Assembly (NCBI GenBank): GCA_945862265.1
Contig: CAMAXP010000021.1
Coordinates: forward strand, 2,091 to 66,090
From: Bordetella parapertussis
Lineage (GTDB): Bacteria; Pseudomonadota; Gammaproteobacteria; Burkholderiales; SG8-39
Length of the DNA: 64,000 nt
Direction: 5' to 3'
Shown here: positions 37,557 to 46,486 of the stretch, in pieces
Numbering within the stretch: the stretch's first letter is position 1
How the letters are laid out: every line of letters starts with the position of its first letter
The notes under the pieces: model-generated
What the model saw: only the letters and a program-made list of their open reading frames with translations
Database searches by the model: none
Told to the model about the DNA's origin: nothing
Program-made: the position numbers and the translations under genes

Positions 37557-37955
37557 TTAGTCCGGTACCACGGCCTGCGCTTCGATCTCGAGGCGCGCGG
37601 CGTCTTCCACCAGCGCGCCCACCTGGACCACCGCCATCACCGGGTAGTTGCGCCCCATCAACTCGCGATAGGCCGCACCCACCTCCGGCAGCGCCGCGAG
37701 GTACTCCTGCTTGTCCACCACGTACCAGGTCAGCCGCACGATGTGCTCGGGCCCGCCCTTCGCTTCGGCAAGCACGGCGAGGATGTTCTTCAGCGTCTGG
37801 CGGAACTGGCCGCCGAAGCCTTTTTCAACGAACTCGCACTTCTCGTCCCAGCCGATCTGGCCGGCGATGAACACGAGCCGCCCGCCCCGGGTGGCGATGC
37901 CGTTGGAGTAGCCGCGCGGCCGGGCCCAACCCGGTGGTTGCAATACCTGGATCAT
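37557..37955 (-). CDS. RidA/YjgF/TdcF-family (enamine/imine deaminase-like) protein
   Basis: Start ATG 37955-37953 overlaps the ligase stop as ATGA. 132 aa. Sequence MIQVLQPPGWARPRGYSNGIATRGGRLVFIAGQIG...RLEIEAQAVV. The track ORF to 38378 is over-extended. Confidence 0.85.
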   Translation of the reverse strand: MIQVLQPPGWARPRGYSNGIATRGGRLVFIAGQIGWDEKCEFVEKGFGGQFRQTLKNILAVLAEAKGGPEHIVRLTWYVVDKQEYLAALPEVGAAYRELMGRNYPVMAVVQVGALVEDAARLEIEAQAVVPD

Positions 37956-39565
37956 GCTTGTGTCCTCAGTTTGAAGCGCTGCAGCTTGCCGGTCTCGGTG
38001 CGCGGCAGCGTGTCGACGAATTCGATCGCGCGCGGGTACTTGTAGGGGGCGACCATGTTCTTGACGTGGTCCTGGAGCATCTTCACGACCGCATCGGTGC
38101 GCTGGTATCCCGGTTTGAGCACGACATACGCCTTGACGATCTGGCCACGCTCCTCGTCGGGGACGCCGATGACCCCGCATTCCGCCACGGCCTCGTGGGC
38201 CAGCAATGCGCCCTCCACCTCGGGGCCTGCAATGTTGTAGCCGGCCGAGATGATCATGTCGTCGGTGCGCGCCTGGTAGAAGAAGTACCCGTCCTTGTCC
38301 ATGGCGTAGGCGTCGCCGGTGACGTTCCACCCTTTCTGCACGTAGGTCTTCTGCCGTGGGTCGGCGAGGTAGCGGCACCCGGTCGGTCCCCTGACGGCGA
38401 GCTTGCCGACGACGCCCGGCGGGCAGGGCCGGCCCTTCTCGTCGACCACCCGGGCCTGGTATCCCGGGATGGCGTACCCGGTCGCACCACGCCGCACGGT
38501 TTCCGGCGTGTGGGAGATGAAGATGTGGATCATCTCAGTCGCGCCGATCCCGTCGATGATCTCGATGCCGGTGGCGTTGCGGAACAGCTGGCGCGTGGCG
38601 TCGGGCAGCGCCTCTCCGGCAGACACGCATTTCTTCAGCGTCCGGATGGAGTGGTTTTTTGCGACCTGCGCCATCTGACGGTAGAACGTGGGCGCAGTGA
38701 AGCAGATGGTCGCCTTGAATTTCTGTATTGCTTCGAGGAGCCCGTCGGGCGTGAGCCGCTCGATCAGCACCGTCGAGGCGCCGTACCGGAGCGGGAAGCA
38801 CAGCAGCCCCCCGAGGCCGAAAGTGAACGCGAGCGGCGGCGTGCCGCAGAAGACGTCCCCCTTCACCGGCTTCAGGCAGGAGCGCGGGAACAGGTCGCAC
38901 ATTGCGATCACGTCGCGGTGGAAGTGGACCGTCCCCTTGGGCGTGCCTGTGGTGCCGGAGGTAAACGCAATCAGCGCCGGATCTTCAGCGGCGGTATCGA
39001 CGTTGCCAAAGGTGCCGGGCTTGGTTGCACAACGCGCCTCCAGCGAGCCGGCATCGTCGTCGTACCAGTACTTGACCTGCTTGAGCCCGGGGCAGACCTG
39101 CATCGCCGCAATGAGTTCTGCGTCGAGCCGCTTGTCGCAGAGCGCGTGGGTGACCTGCGCCTTGGCGACGATCTCGGTGAGTTCCTTGGCGCGCAGCAGC
39201 GGCATGGTGCCCACCACGATGCCGCCGGCCTTGAATACGCCGAACCAGCAGGCGGCCATCATCGGGTTGTTGGGGCCGCGCAGCAGCACCCGGTTGCCGG
39301 GCTTGAGGCCCATGTCCTCGACCAGCACGCGGGCGATCCGGTTGGCCTGCGCGAGGAGCTCGCCGTAGGTGCACTGCCCGTCGGCGGCGCGGATGGCCAC
39401 CCGATCTCGCCAACCTCGGGCCAGGGCACCGTCGAGCAACTCGACAGCGCAGTTCATGCGTGCCGGGTACTGCAGTTCCGGCAGGTCGAAGACGAGTTCC
39501 GGCCAGTCCTTGCGCGGCGGCAGGTTGTCGCGCGCAAAGGTGTCGACATGGGCTGTGTAGGTCAT
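37952..39565 (-). CDS. Aromatic acid-CoA ligase (2-aminobenzoate-CoA / benzoate-CoA ligase family, AbmG-like)
   Basis: 537 aa. AMP-binding motif FTSGTTGTPKG, followed by GDAY..D.DGYF.Y..R.DDMI and the C-terminal PRT.TGK. Confidence 0.88.
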   Translation of the reverse strand: MTYTAHVDTFARDNLPPRKDWPELVFDLPELQYPARMNCAVELLDGALARGWRDRVAIRAADGQCTYGELLAQANRIARVLVEDMGLKPGNRVLLRGPNNPMMAACWFGVFKAGGIVVGTMPLLRAKELTEIVAKAQVTHALCDKRLDAELIAAMQVCPGLKQVKYWYDDDAGSLEARCATKPGTFGNVDTAAEDPALIAFTSGTTGTPKGTVHFHRDVIAMCDLFPRSCLKPVKGDVFCGTPPLAFTFGLGGLLCFPLRYGASTVLIERLTPDGLLEAIQKFKATICFTAPTFYRQMAQVAKNHSIRTLKKCVSAGEALPDATRQLFRNATGIEIIDGIGATEMIHIFISHTPETVRRGATGYAIPGYQARVVDEKGRPCPPGVVGKLAVRGPTGCRYLADPRQKTYVQKGWNVTGDAYAMDKDGYFFYQARTDDMIISAGYNIAGPEVEGALLAHEAVAECGVIGVPDEERGQIVKAYVVLKPGYQRTDAVVKMLQDHVKNMVAPYKYPRAIEFVDTLPRTETGKLQRFKLRTQA

Positions 39566-39568
39566 CCC

Positions 39569-40723
39569 TTACCCTCCAGTGCGCGAGCCCTTGAGCAGCT
39601 CGCGTGCGATGATCACTTTCTGCACCTCCGTGGCCCCTTCGTAGATCCGCAGGGCCCGCACCTCCCGGTAGAGTCGCTCGACGGGATGGTTCTTCTTCAC
39701 CCCGAGCCCGCCGAAAATCTGCACGGCTGCGTCGATGACCTGCTGCGCCGTCTCGGTGGCATGCATCTTGGCCATCGCGGCCTCGCTCGTAATGCGACGC
39801 TTCTGCACGTCGCGCGCCCATGCGGCCCGGTACGTGAGCAAGGCACCGGCTTCGATCCCGGTGGCCATGTCGGCGAGCTTGGCCTGCGTCATCTGGAAAT
39901 CGCCGAGCGTATGGCCGAACATCTTCCGGTCGCGGGAGCGTGCAAGCGCCTCGTCGAGCGCACGGCGCGCGAAGCCCAGCGCGGCGCCGGCGACGGTCGT
40001 GCGGAACACGTCCAGGTTGCGCATCGCGAGCTTGAACCCTTCGCCTTCCTTGCCAAGCAGGTTTTCCGCCGCAACGCGGCAATTCTCGAACCTCAGGGTC
40101 GCCATCGGATGAGGCGCGATGATGTCGATGCGCTCGGCCACCGAGAAGCCCGGCGTGCCGGCGTCCACGACGATCGCGGAGATCCCCTTGGTACCGGGCA
40201 AGTCGCCGGTGCGCGCAAAGACCACGTAGAAGTCTGCGATCCCGCCGTTGGAGATCCAAGTCTTTGCGCCATCGATCACCCAGTGTGCGCCGTCGCGGCG
40301 CGCGGTGGTCGTAAGCGCCCCTGCGTCGGACCCGGCATCCGGCTCCGATAACGCAAGCGCGGCTATGGCCTGCCCTGCCGCAACGCGGGGCAGGTAGCGC
40401 GCCTTCAGCGCATCGCTGCCTTCCAGCGCAATCGGGCCGCTGCCGAGGCCTTGCATCACGAACGCGAAATCAGCCAGGCCCGCGTGGTAGGCAAATGTCT
40501 CGCGCAGGAGCGCAATCGAACGCACGTCGAAGTCTGCGCCGCCCGGGGCACAGTGCTTGAGGAATCCCGCCCGGCCCAGGTCCGCGACCAGCCGGCGGCA
40601 GACCGCGTCGGCGTCTTCACCGTGCGCGTAGTCGAGGCCGCCCGCCCACGCGTCTGCCTCGCGGGCCAGCGCGGCATGGCGTGGCTCGAAGAAGGGCCAC
40701 TCTAGGTGTGTGAACCGATCCAT
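39569..40723 (-). CDS. Acyl-CoA dehydrogenase family protein
   Basis: Start ATG 40723-40721 ([14 protein letters not shown]...). 384 aa. Motifs [25 protein letters not shown]. The track ORF to 41200 is over-extended. Confidence 0.88.
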   Translation of the reverse strand: MDRFTHLEWPFFEPRHAALAREADAWAGGLDYAHGEDADAVCRRLVADLGRAGFLKHCAPGGADFDVRSIALLRETFAYHAGLADFAFVMQGLGSGPIALEGSDALKARYLPRVAAGQAIAALALSEPDAGSDAGALTTTARRDGAHWVIDGAKTWISNGGIADFYVVFARTGDLPGTKGISAIVVDAGTPGFSVAERIDIIAPHPMATLRFENCRVAAENLLGKEGEGFKLAMRNLDVFRTTVAGAALGFARRALDEALARSRDRKMFGHTLGDFQMTQAKLADMATGIEAGALLTYRAAWARDVQKRRITSEAAMAKMHATETAQQVIDAAVQIFGGLGVKKNHPVERLYREVRALRIYEGATEVQKVIIARELLKGSRTGG

Positions 40724-40734
40724 GCCGGCCCTCC

Positions 40735-41559
40735 TCAGTTGCCTTCGAATACGGGTTTCTTCTTCGCGACGAAGGCGTTGTAGGCCCGGTGGAAGTCCTG
40801 CGTCTGCATGCAGATGGCCTGGGCCTGGGCTTCCATCTCGATCGCCTCGTCGATGCCGACCGACCACTCCTGCTGCAGCATCTTCTTGGTCATGCCTTGG
40901 GCGAACGTCGGGCCCGCGGCGAGCGACTGCGCCGTCTCCATCGCCTTCGCGAGCACAGCCTCGGGCGCGGCGAGTGCGTTGAAGAAGCCCCACGCCATCC
41001 CCTCTTCGCCGGACATCGAGCGCCCCGAATAGAGGAGTTCGGATGCACGCCCCTGCCCGATCACGCGGGGCAGCATCGCGCACGCGCCCATGTCGCAGCC
41101 GGCGAGCCCGACGCGCGTGAACAGGAAGGCCACCTTGGCCCCGGGAGTTCCGTACCGCAGGTCGGAGAACAGCGCGATCATCGCGCCCGCCCCGGCACAC
41201 ACGCCATCCACGGCGCTGATCACCGGCTGGGGGCAGGCCCGTATGGCCTTGATGAGGTCGCCGGTCATGCGCGTGAAATCCATCAGCTCCGGCATTGCCA
41301 TTTTGGTCAGTGGCCCGATGATCTCGTGCACGTCGCCGCCCGAACAGAAATTCCCGCCGGAACCGTTGACGACGACGGCCTTGATGTCGCGCGCGTACTG
41401 CAGCTTGCGGAAAAAATCCCGCAGCTCGGCGTAGGACGCGAATGTCAGCGGGTTCTTCTTGTCAGGCCGGTCGAGGGTGATGACGCCGACGCCCCCCTCG
41501 GCATGCCATTTGAAATGCTGCGGCTTGTGGCCCGCGAGGGCGGTGTGCGTGTTTTTCAT
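40735..41559 (-). CDS. Enoyl-CoA hydratase/isomerase (crotonase) family protein
   Basis: 274 aa. Motifs [34 protein letters not shown]. Its start overlaps the marR stop as ATGA. Confidence 0.88.
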   Translation of the reverse strand: MKNTHTALAGHKPQHFKWHAEGGVGVITLDRPDKKNPLTFASYAELRDFFRKLQYARDIKAVVVNGSGGNFCSGGDVHEIIGPLTKMAMPELMDFTRMTGDLIKAIRACPQPVISAVDGVCAGAGAMIALFSDLRYGTPGAKVAFLFTRVGLAGCDMGACAMLPRVIGQGRASELLYSGRSMSGEEGMAWGFFNALAAPEAVLAKAMETAQSLAAGPTFAQGMTKKMLQQEWSVGIDEAIEMEAQAQAICMQTQDFHRAYNAFVAKKKPVFEGN

Positions 41560-42110
41560 TCGCTGGTCCCCGTTTCGACGCGCTCGGCGTCCGTCGTGAT
41601 GAGTGCATGGTGCTTGACCTTCGCGAGCAGGCCAAGCAGATCCTGGTGTTCCCGCCGGGTGAGGCCGCCAAGCAGGCCGACCACCCAGGTTTCGTGCTCG
41701 CGCGCCATCTCCGCAAAGGCCTTGCTTCCAGCGCGTGTGAGCTTGACCCGGTAGGCCCTGCGGTCCGCCGGCAGCGGCCGCCGCTGCACGAGCCCCTCCT
41801 TAACGAGCTGGTCCGTGATGCCCGTGATATTTCCCCCGGTCACCATCATCCGGCGCGAGAGCTCGTTCATCTTGAGCCCTTCCGGGTGACGCTCGAGCTG
41901 GGACATGAGGTCGAAGCGCGGCAGCGTGGTGGAAAAGCGCAGCCTCAGCTGGTTGCGGACCTGCCGCTCGATCAGCTGGGTGCAGGTGAGCATGCGCAGC
42001 CACAGGCGCAGCGCGCGGTGGTCGTCCGGCCGCGCCGCCGTCTCACGGTCGGATTCGCGCCCGGGGGCGCTGGGGACGGAGGAACGGCTGCGGGGCATGC
42101 GGATACTCAA
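41556..42110 (-). CDS. MarR family transcriptional regulator (first gene of the aromatic acyl-CoA operon)
   Basis: 184 aa from TTG 42110; an alternative ATG at 42098 gives MPRSRSS.... Winged-HTH region [43 protein letters not shown]. Confidence 0.85.
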   Translation of the reverse strand: MSIRMPRSRSSVPSAPGRESDRETAARPDDHRALRLWLRMLTCTQLIERQVRNQLRLRFSTTLPRFDLMSQLERHPEGLKMNELSRRMMVTGGNITGITDQLVKEGLVQRRPLPADRRAYRVKLTRAGSKAFAEMAREHETWVVGLLGGLTRREHQDLLGLLAKVKHHALITTDAERVETGTSE

Positions 42111-42208
42111 GATATAAATAGAATAGGCTTAAAGCATTCTGGCATTTCCGGCCCGGATTGTCACGCTGCGGGCGCTCTGTCCCCCGGGTGTCGCAGTGCG
42201 GTATAGTT

Positions 42209-42787
42209 ATGCCCATGCTGAATCACACCCGCCTATTCATGTCGGCCCTGTCGGCGACTTGCCTCATCGTCTGCGGCCATGCCGAGGCCCAGCTGAAAGA
42301 ACCGTCGAAATCCCAGTCAAAAGGCGGCCTGGGCAGCGGCCTCGGCGGAAAATCCACCGCCAAGCCGGCAGCCAAGCCCGCTGCCGCCCCGGCCGAAACC
42401 AAGCCCCAGACGCCTGACGAAGTGGTGCAGGAAATCGCGAACTGCGTGCTGGCCGGATTGCCGCAGGGCTGGCAAGTCGCGCGGGTCGAGGTGATCGAGA
42501 TTGGCCGCGACGACCGGAAGCGCGAATTCGAAGCGAAGTACTCCTACGCCGGCAAGGACGGCAAGAATGCCGCGTTCACCCCGTGCGATCCTCGGGAGCC
42601 GGCACAGGCCGTGTACAAACTGAATGGGGTGCTCGAGGCGGATAAGCGCAACTGGATCCGCGCGACGCTGTTTCTATCGAACGAAGGCAAGTTCGAACTG
42701 CAGTACGACTACCCGAAGAAGGAAGGCGAAGCGGACGTCACGCCGGCGGCAAAACCCGACCCCAACTACGACCCGACCAAGAAATAG
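42209..42787 (+). CDS. Hypothetical secreted protein with an Ala/Lys/Pro-rich linker
   Basis: Start ATG 42209 (MPMLNHTRLFMSALSATCLIVCGHAEA, signal peptide), followed by the low-complexity STAKPAAKPAAAPAETKPQTP. 192 aa. The track ORF begins at 42158. I recognise no family. Confidence 0.5.
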   Translation: MPMLNHTRLFMSALSATCLIVCGHAEAQLKEPSKSQSKGGLGSGLGGKSTAKPAAKPAAAPAETKPQTPDEVVQEIANCVLAGLPQGWQVARVEVIEIGRDDRKREFEAKYSYAGKDGKNAAFTPCDPREPAQAVYKLNGVLEADKRNWIRATLFLSNEGKFELQYDYPKKEGEADVTPAAKPDPNYDPTKK

Positions 42788-42803
42788 CCTGGTCCCCCGC
42801 GGG

Positions 42804-44504
42804 CTAGGCGCGGCGCAGGAAATCGAAGTCGCAGCCGTCCTCGGCCTGCAGCACGTGGTCCATGTAAAGCTTCGCATAGCCCCGCTTGGGGCTTTCCACC
42901 GGCGGCTTCCAGGCCGCGCGCCGCTGCGAAAGCTCTGCCTCATCGACCAGCAAGTCGATCCTCCGGTCCTTGATCGACAACCGGATCCGGTCCCCGTTCC
43001 TCACCAGCGCGAGCGGGCCGCCGATGGCCGCTTCGGGGGACACGTGCAGCACGATCGTGCCGAATGCCGTCCCGCTCATGCGCGCGTCCGAGATTCGCAC
43101 CATGTCCTTCAGGCCCGCCCGTGCAAGCTTCTGCGGGATGGGCAGGTACCCCGACTCGGGCATTGCGTAGCCACTCTTGGGGCCGGCATTCTGGAGGACG
43201 AGGAAATCGTCGGGCTTCACGTCAAGCTCGGGCGTGTCGATCCGTGCCGCCAGGTCGTCGAGTGACGTAAACACCACGGCCCGCCCTTCGCGCTCGAAGA
43301 GCGTCGGGTCGGCCGCGGAGCGCTTCAGGATTGCCCCATTGGGCGCGAGCGAACCGAAGAGCGCCACCAGCCCCCCTTCCTTCTGGTACGGGTCGTCGAA
43401 GGTACGCACGACGGCGCGATCCACCCACCCGGGTTCGTTGGCAAGCCGCTCGCCCATCGTTTCGCCGGTGATGGTCATGCAGTCGAGGTGCAACAGCGGC
43501 TTCAGTTCGCGCAGCACGGCGCCCAGGCCGCCGGCGGAATACAGGTCCGACATGTAGTGCTGTCCCGTCGGCTTGAGGTCCACCAGCACCGGGGTCGAGT
43601 CCGACAGGACGTTGAGGCGGTTGAGGTCGATCTTCACGCCGACCCGGCCCGCAATCGCGGTCAGGTGAACGATGGCATTGGTTGATCCGCCGATCGCGAG
43701 CATCACGCGCAGCGCATTTTCGATCGACTTCTCGGTGATGATCTGCGAGGGGCGGATCGGGTGCTTCGCCAACTCCACGGCGCGGCGGCCGCTGGCCTCC
43801 GCGGCGCGCAGCCGGTCGGCGTGCACCGCCGGGATGGCCGCCGTACCCGGCAGCGCCATGCCCAGGGCTTCGGCGATCGATGCCATGGTCGAAGCCGTAC
43901 CCATCACGGCGCAGGAGCCGGCAGTGGCCGCCAGGTTGCCCTCGATTTCGTCGATCCCCGCCTGGTCGACTTGCCCAGCGCGGTGCATGCCCCAGAATCG
44001 GCGGCAGTCCGTGCACGCGCCAAGGCGCTCGCCATGGAACATGTTGGGCATCATCGGCCCGACAATCTGCTGGACGGCCGGCACGTCGGCCGAAGCCGCC
44101 CCCATGAGCTGCGCGGGTATTGTCTTGTCGCAGCCGCCCACCATCACCACGGCGTCCATGGGCTGGGCCCGGATCATCTCCTCGGTGTCCATGGCCATCA
44201 TGTTCCGGAACATCATCGAAGTCGGGTTGAGGAACACCTCGCCCAGCGACACCGTAGGGAACGCGAGGGGGAGGCCGCCCGCGGCGAGCACGCCCCGCTT
44301 GATGGCCTCGATCTGCTCAGGCACGTTCCGGTGGCAGTTGTTGAACCCGCTCGACGTATCGGCGATGCCGATCACGGGCCGGGCCAGCATCTCGCCGGAA
44401 TAGCCCATACTCTTGGCGAACGAGCGCCGCAGGTAGAGGGAGAAGTCCGCATCACCGTAGTTGGTGAGGCCGCGGGCGAGGCCGTGCTTGGGTTTGTTAT
44501 CCAT
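42804..44504 (-). CDS. IlvD/Edd-family dehydratase (dihydroxy-acid / sugar-acid dehydratase)
   Basis: Start ATG 44504-44502 (MDNKPKHGLARGLTNYGD). 566 aa. Motifs CDKT.P, GSCAVMGTASTM, GGSTNA.VHL, DARMSGT. The track ORF to 44627 is over-extended. Confidence 0.88.
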   Translation of the reverse strand: MDNKPKHGLARGLTNYGDADFSLYLRRSFAKSMGYSGEMLARPVIGIADTSSGFNNCHRNVPEQIEAIKRGVLAAGGLPLAFPTVSLGEVFLNPTSMMFRNMMAMDTEEMIRAQPMDAVVMVGGCDKTIPAQLMGAASADVPAVQQIVGPMMPNMFHGERLGACTDCRRFWGMHRAGQVDQAGIDEIEGNLAATAGSCAVMGTASTMASIAEALGMALPGTAAIPAVHADRLRAAEASGRRAVELAKHPIRPSQIITEKSIENALRVMLAIGGSTNAIVHLTAIAGRVGVKIDLNRLNVLSDSTPVLVDLKPTGQHYMSDLYSAGGLGAVLRELKPLLHLDCMTITGETMGERLANEPGWVDRAVVRTFDDPYQKEGGLVALFGSLAPNGAILKRSAADPTLFEREGRAVVFTSLDDLAARIDTPELDVKPDDFLVLQNAGPKSGYAMPESGYLPIPQKLARAGLKDMVRISDARMSGTAFGTIVLHVSPEAAIGGPLALVRNGDRIRLSIKDRRIDLLVDEAELSQRRAAWKPPVESPKRGYAKLYMDHVLQAEDGCDFDFLRRA

Positions 44505-44625
44505 GGTGTCCCATTCTACTAGCCGGGGGACGCGCCTTGCGAATCGGCAGTAGACAACCGCGGGCGGCGCGAATAATCTCCATTCACCGTATGCATGCAC
44601 CCGCAAGGCACCCCTAGGTAACCCC

Positions 44626-45156
44626 ATGATCGAGAGGCTCTCCGACCTTTACGGGCGGCTGCTCTCGGCGCTCGCCTACTGCGCCTGCGCCGTGCTGTTC
44701 GCGATGATGCTGATGATCTGCGCGGACGTCCTGCTGCGTAACGTCACGCTGATCCCCAGCGTGCGGGGCCTGCCCTGGGCCAACGAGCTCACCGAGAACA
44801 TGCTTTACCTGATCACCATGTTTTCGGCGCCCTACCTTTTGCGCCAGGGCCAGCACATCCGGGTCGACATCCTGCTGCGTGCGATTCCGCGCCACCTGGC
44901 CTGGCATTTTGAGTGGGTCACCGACATCCTCGCGTTCGCCTGCTGCATGGCCCTGGCGTTCTACGGAGCGCGGGCCACCTTCGCCAGCTACGACTCGGGC
45001 GCGCTTACGATCAAGTCGCTGGTCACGCCCGAGTGGTGGTTCCTCGCCCCGCTCCCGGTCGCATTCGTGCTGCTGGCGGTGGAAGTCCTCTTCCGCCTGC
45101 ACCGCCTCTGGCAGGGCGAGCGCGGCCCGCGCGACGACGCGGTTTCGGCATCCTGA
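44626..45156 (+). CDS. TRAP transporter small permease (DctQ-type)
   Basis: 176 aa with four hydrophobic segments. It sits directly upstream of a DctM-type gene. Confidence 0.8.
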   Translation: MIERLSDLYGRLLSALAYCACAVLFAMMLMICADVLLRNVTLIPSVRGLPWANELTENMLYLITMFSAPYLLRQGQHIRVDILLRAIPRHLAWHFEWVTDILAFACCMALAFYGARATFASYDSGALTIKSLVTPEWWFLAPLPVAFVLLAVEVLFRLHRLWQGERGPRDDAVSAS

Positions 45157-45161
45157 CCGCG

Positions 45162-46475
45162 ATGACCTGGCAGATAGCAGCCTGGATCCTGCTCGGCGGC
45201 TCGACCGTGCTGCTGTTCCTCGGGCTGCCGGTCGCGTTCACGTTCCTCGTCATCAACCTTGTCGGGGCGATGCTCTGGCTGGGCGGCGAACCCGGCCTCG
45301 TGCAGCTCGCGCGCAACAGCGTGCAGTCCGTCACCAGCTTTTCGCTGACCCCGATCCCGCTGTTCGTGCTGATGGGGGAGGTGCTCTTCCATACCGGGCT
45401 CGCCGTCAAGGTCATCGACGGCATCGAGCGCATGATCAGCCAGGTGCCCGGCCGCCTCGCCGTGGTCGCGGTCGTAGCGGGGACCGTGTTCTCGGCCATT
45501 TCCGGCTCGACCATCGCCACCACGGCCATGCTCGGGAGCCTGCTGGTGCCGGTGATGCTCTCGCGCGGCTACCACCCGACCATGGCCACCGGCCCCATCA
45601 TGGCCATCGGCGCGGTCGACATGCTGATCCCGCCCTCGGCGCTGACGGTGCTGCTGGGCAGCCTGTCGGGGATTTCGATCTCCAAGCTGCTGATCGGTGG
45701 CGTCGTGCCCGGCCTGATCCTGTCGGCGATGTTCGTGATCTACATCGTCGCGCGCGTGAAGCTCGACCCGAAACTCGCCCCCCCTTCCGACCTGGTCGAG
45801 TACCACGGCTGGGAAAAGCTGCGGCCGTTCGTCCAGTACGTGCTGCCGCTGGTGTCGATCTTCGTGGTGGTCATCGCATCGATGTCCGCGGGGTGGGCCA
45901 CGCCGACCGAATCGGCCGCGATCGGCGCCTTCGCCACCGTGGTGCTGGCCCTTGCGTACCGCGCCCTGACTGCGGCCAAGCTCATCGCGGCCCTGCGCGG
46001 CACGGTGGGCATCTCCGGGATGATCCTGTTCATCATCGTCGGCGCGACGACGTTTTCCCAGATCCTCAGCTTCTCGGGCGCAAGCAACGGGCTCGTCTCG
46101 CTCATCACCGGCCAGGGGCTTTCCCCGATGGTCGTCATCGCCGGCATGATGCTGGTGCTGATCTTCCTCGGCATCTTCGTCGACCAGGTCAGCATGATGC
46201 TGATCACCCTGCCGATCTTCATGCCGGTGGTACAGGCCTTTGGCGTCGACCAGGTCTGGTTCGGTGTAATGTTCCTGATCTGCATGCAGCTGGGACTGTT
46301 GCTGCCGCCGCACGGCCTGCTCCTTATGACCATGAAGAGCGTGTCGCCCCCCCAGGTCAGGATGAGCCATATCTTCCAGGCCGTGGTGCCTTACATTGCG
46401 ATGAGCATCCTGGTGCTCGCGCTGGTTTTTTTCGTTCCCTCGGTGGCCGTGTGGCTGCCGAAGGTTCTCGGATGA
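45162..46475 (+). CDS. TRAP transporter large permease (DctM-type)
   Basis: Start ATG 45162 (MTWQIAAWILLGGSTVLLFLGLPVAFTF). 437 aa and polytopic. Typical DctM blocks: IPLF.LMGE, GSTIATTA, PPS. The track ORF from 44913 is over-extended. Confidence 0.88.
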   Translation: MTWQIAAWILLGGSTVLLFLGLPVAFTFLVINLVGAMLWLGGEPGLVQLARNSVQSVTSFSLTPIPLFVLMGEVLFHTGLAVKVIDGIERMISQVPGRLAVVAVVAGTVFSAISGSTIATTAMLGSLLVPVMLSRGYHPTMATGPIMAIGAVDMLIPPSALTVLLGSLSGISISKLLIGGVVPGLILSAMFVIYIVARVKLDPKLAPPSDLVEYHGWEKLRPFVQYVLPLVSIFVVVIASMSAGWATPTESAAIGAFATVVLALAYRALTAAKLIAALRGTVGISGMILFIIVGATTFSQILSFSGASNGLVSLITGQGLSPMVVIAGMMLVLIFLGIFVDQVSMMLITLPIFMPVVQAFGVDQVWFGVMFLICMQLGLLLPPHGLLLMTMKSVSPPQVRMSHIFQAVVPYIAMSILVLALVFFVPSVAVWLPKVLG

Positions 46476-46486
46476 GGGGTTAAGCG

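Noticed and set aside
35844-40351. 733-aa (35844..38045) and 805-aa (37934..40351) plus-strand ORFs
   Set aside because: They are antisense to the monooxygenase/reductase, RidA, CoA-ligase and acyl-CoA dehydrogenase genes, all of which carry strong motifs. The composition is shadow-like.
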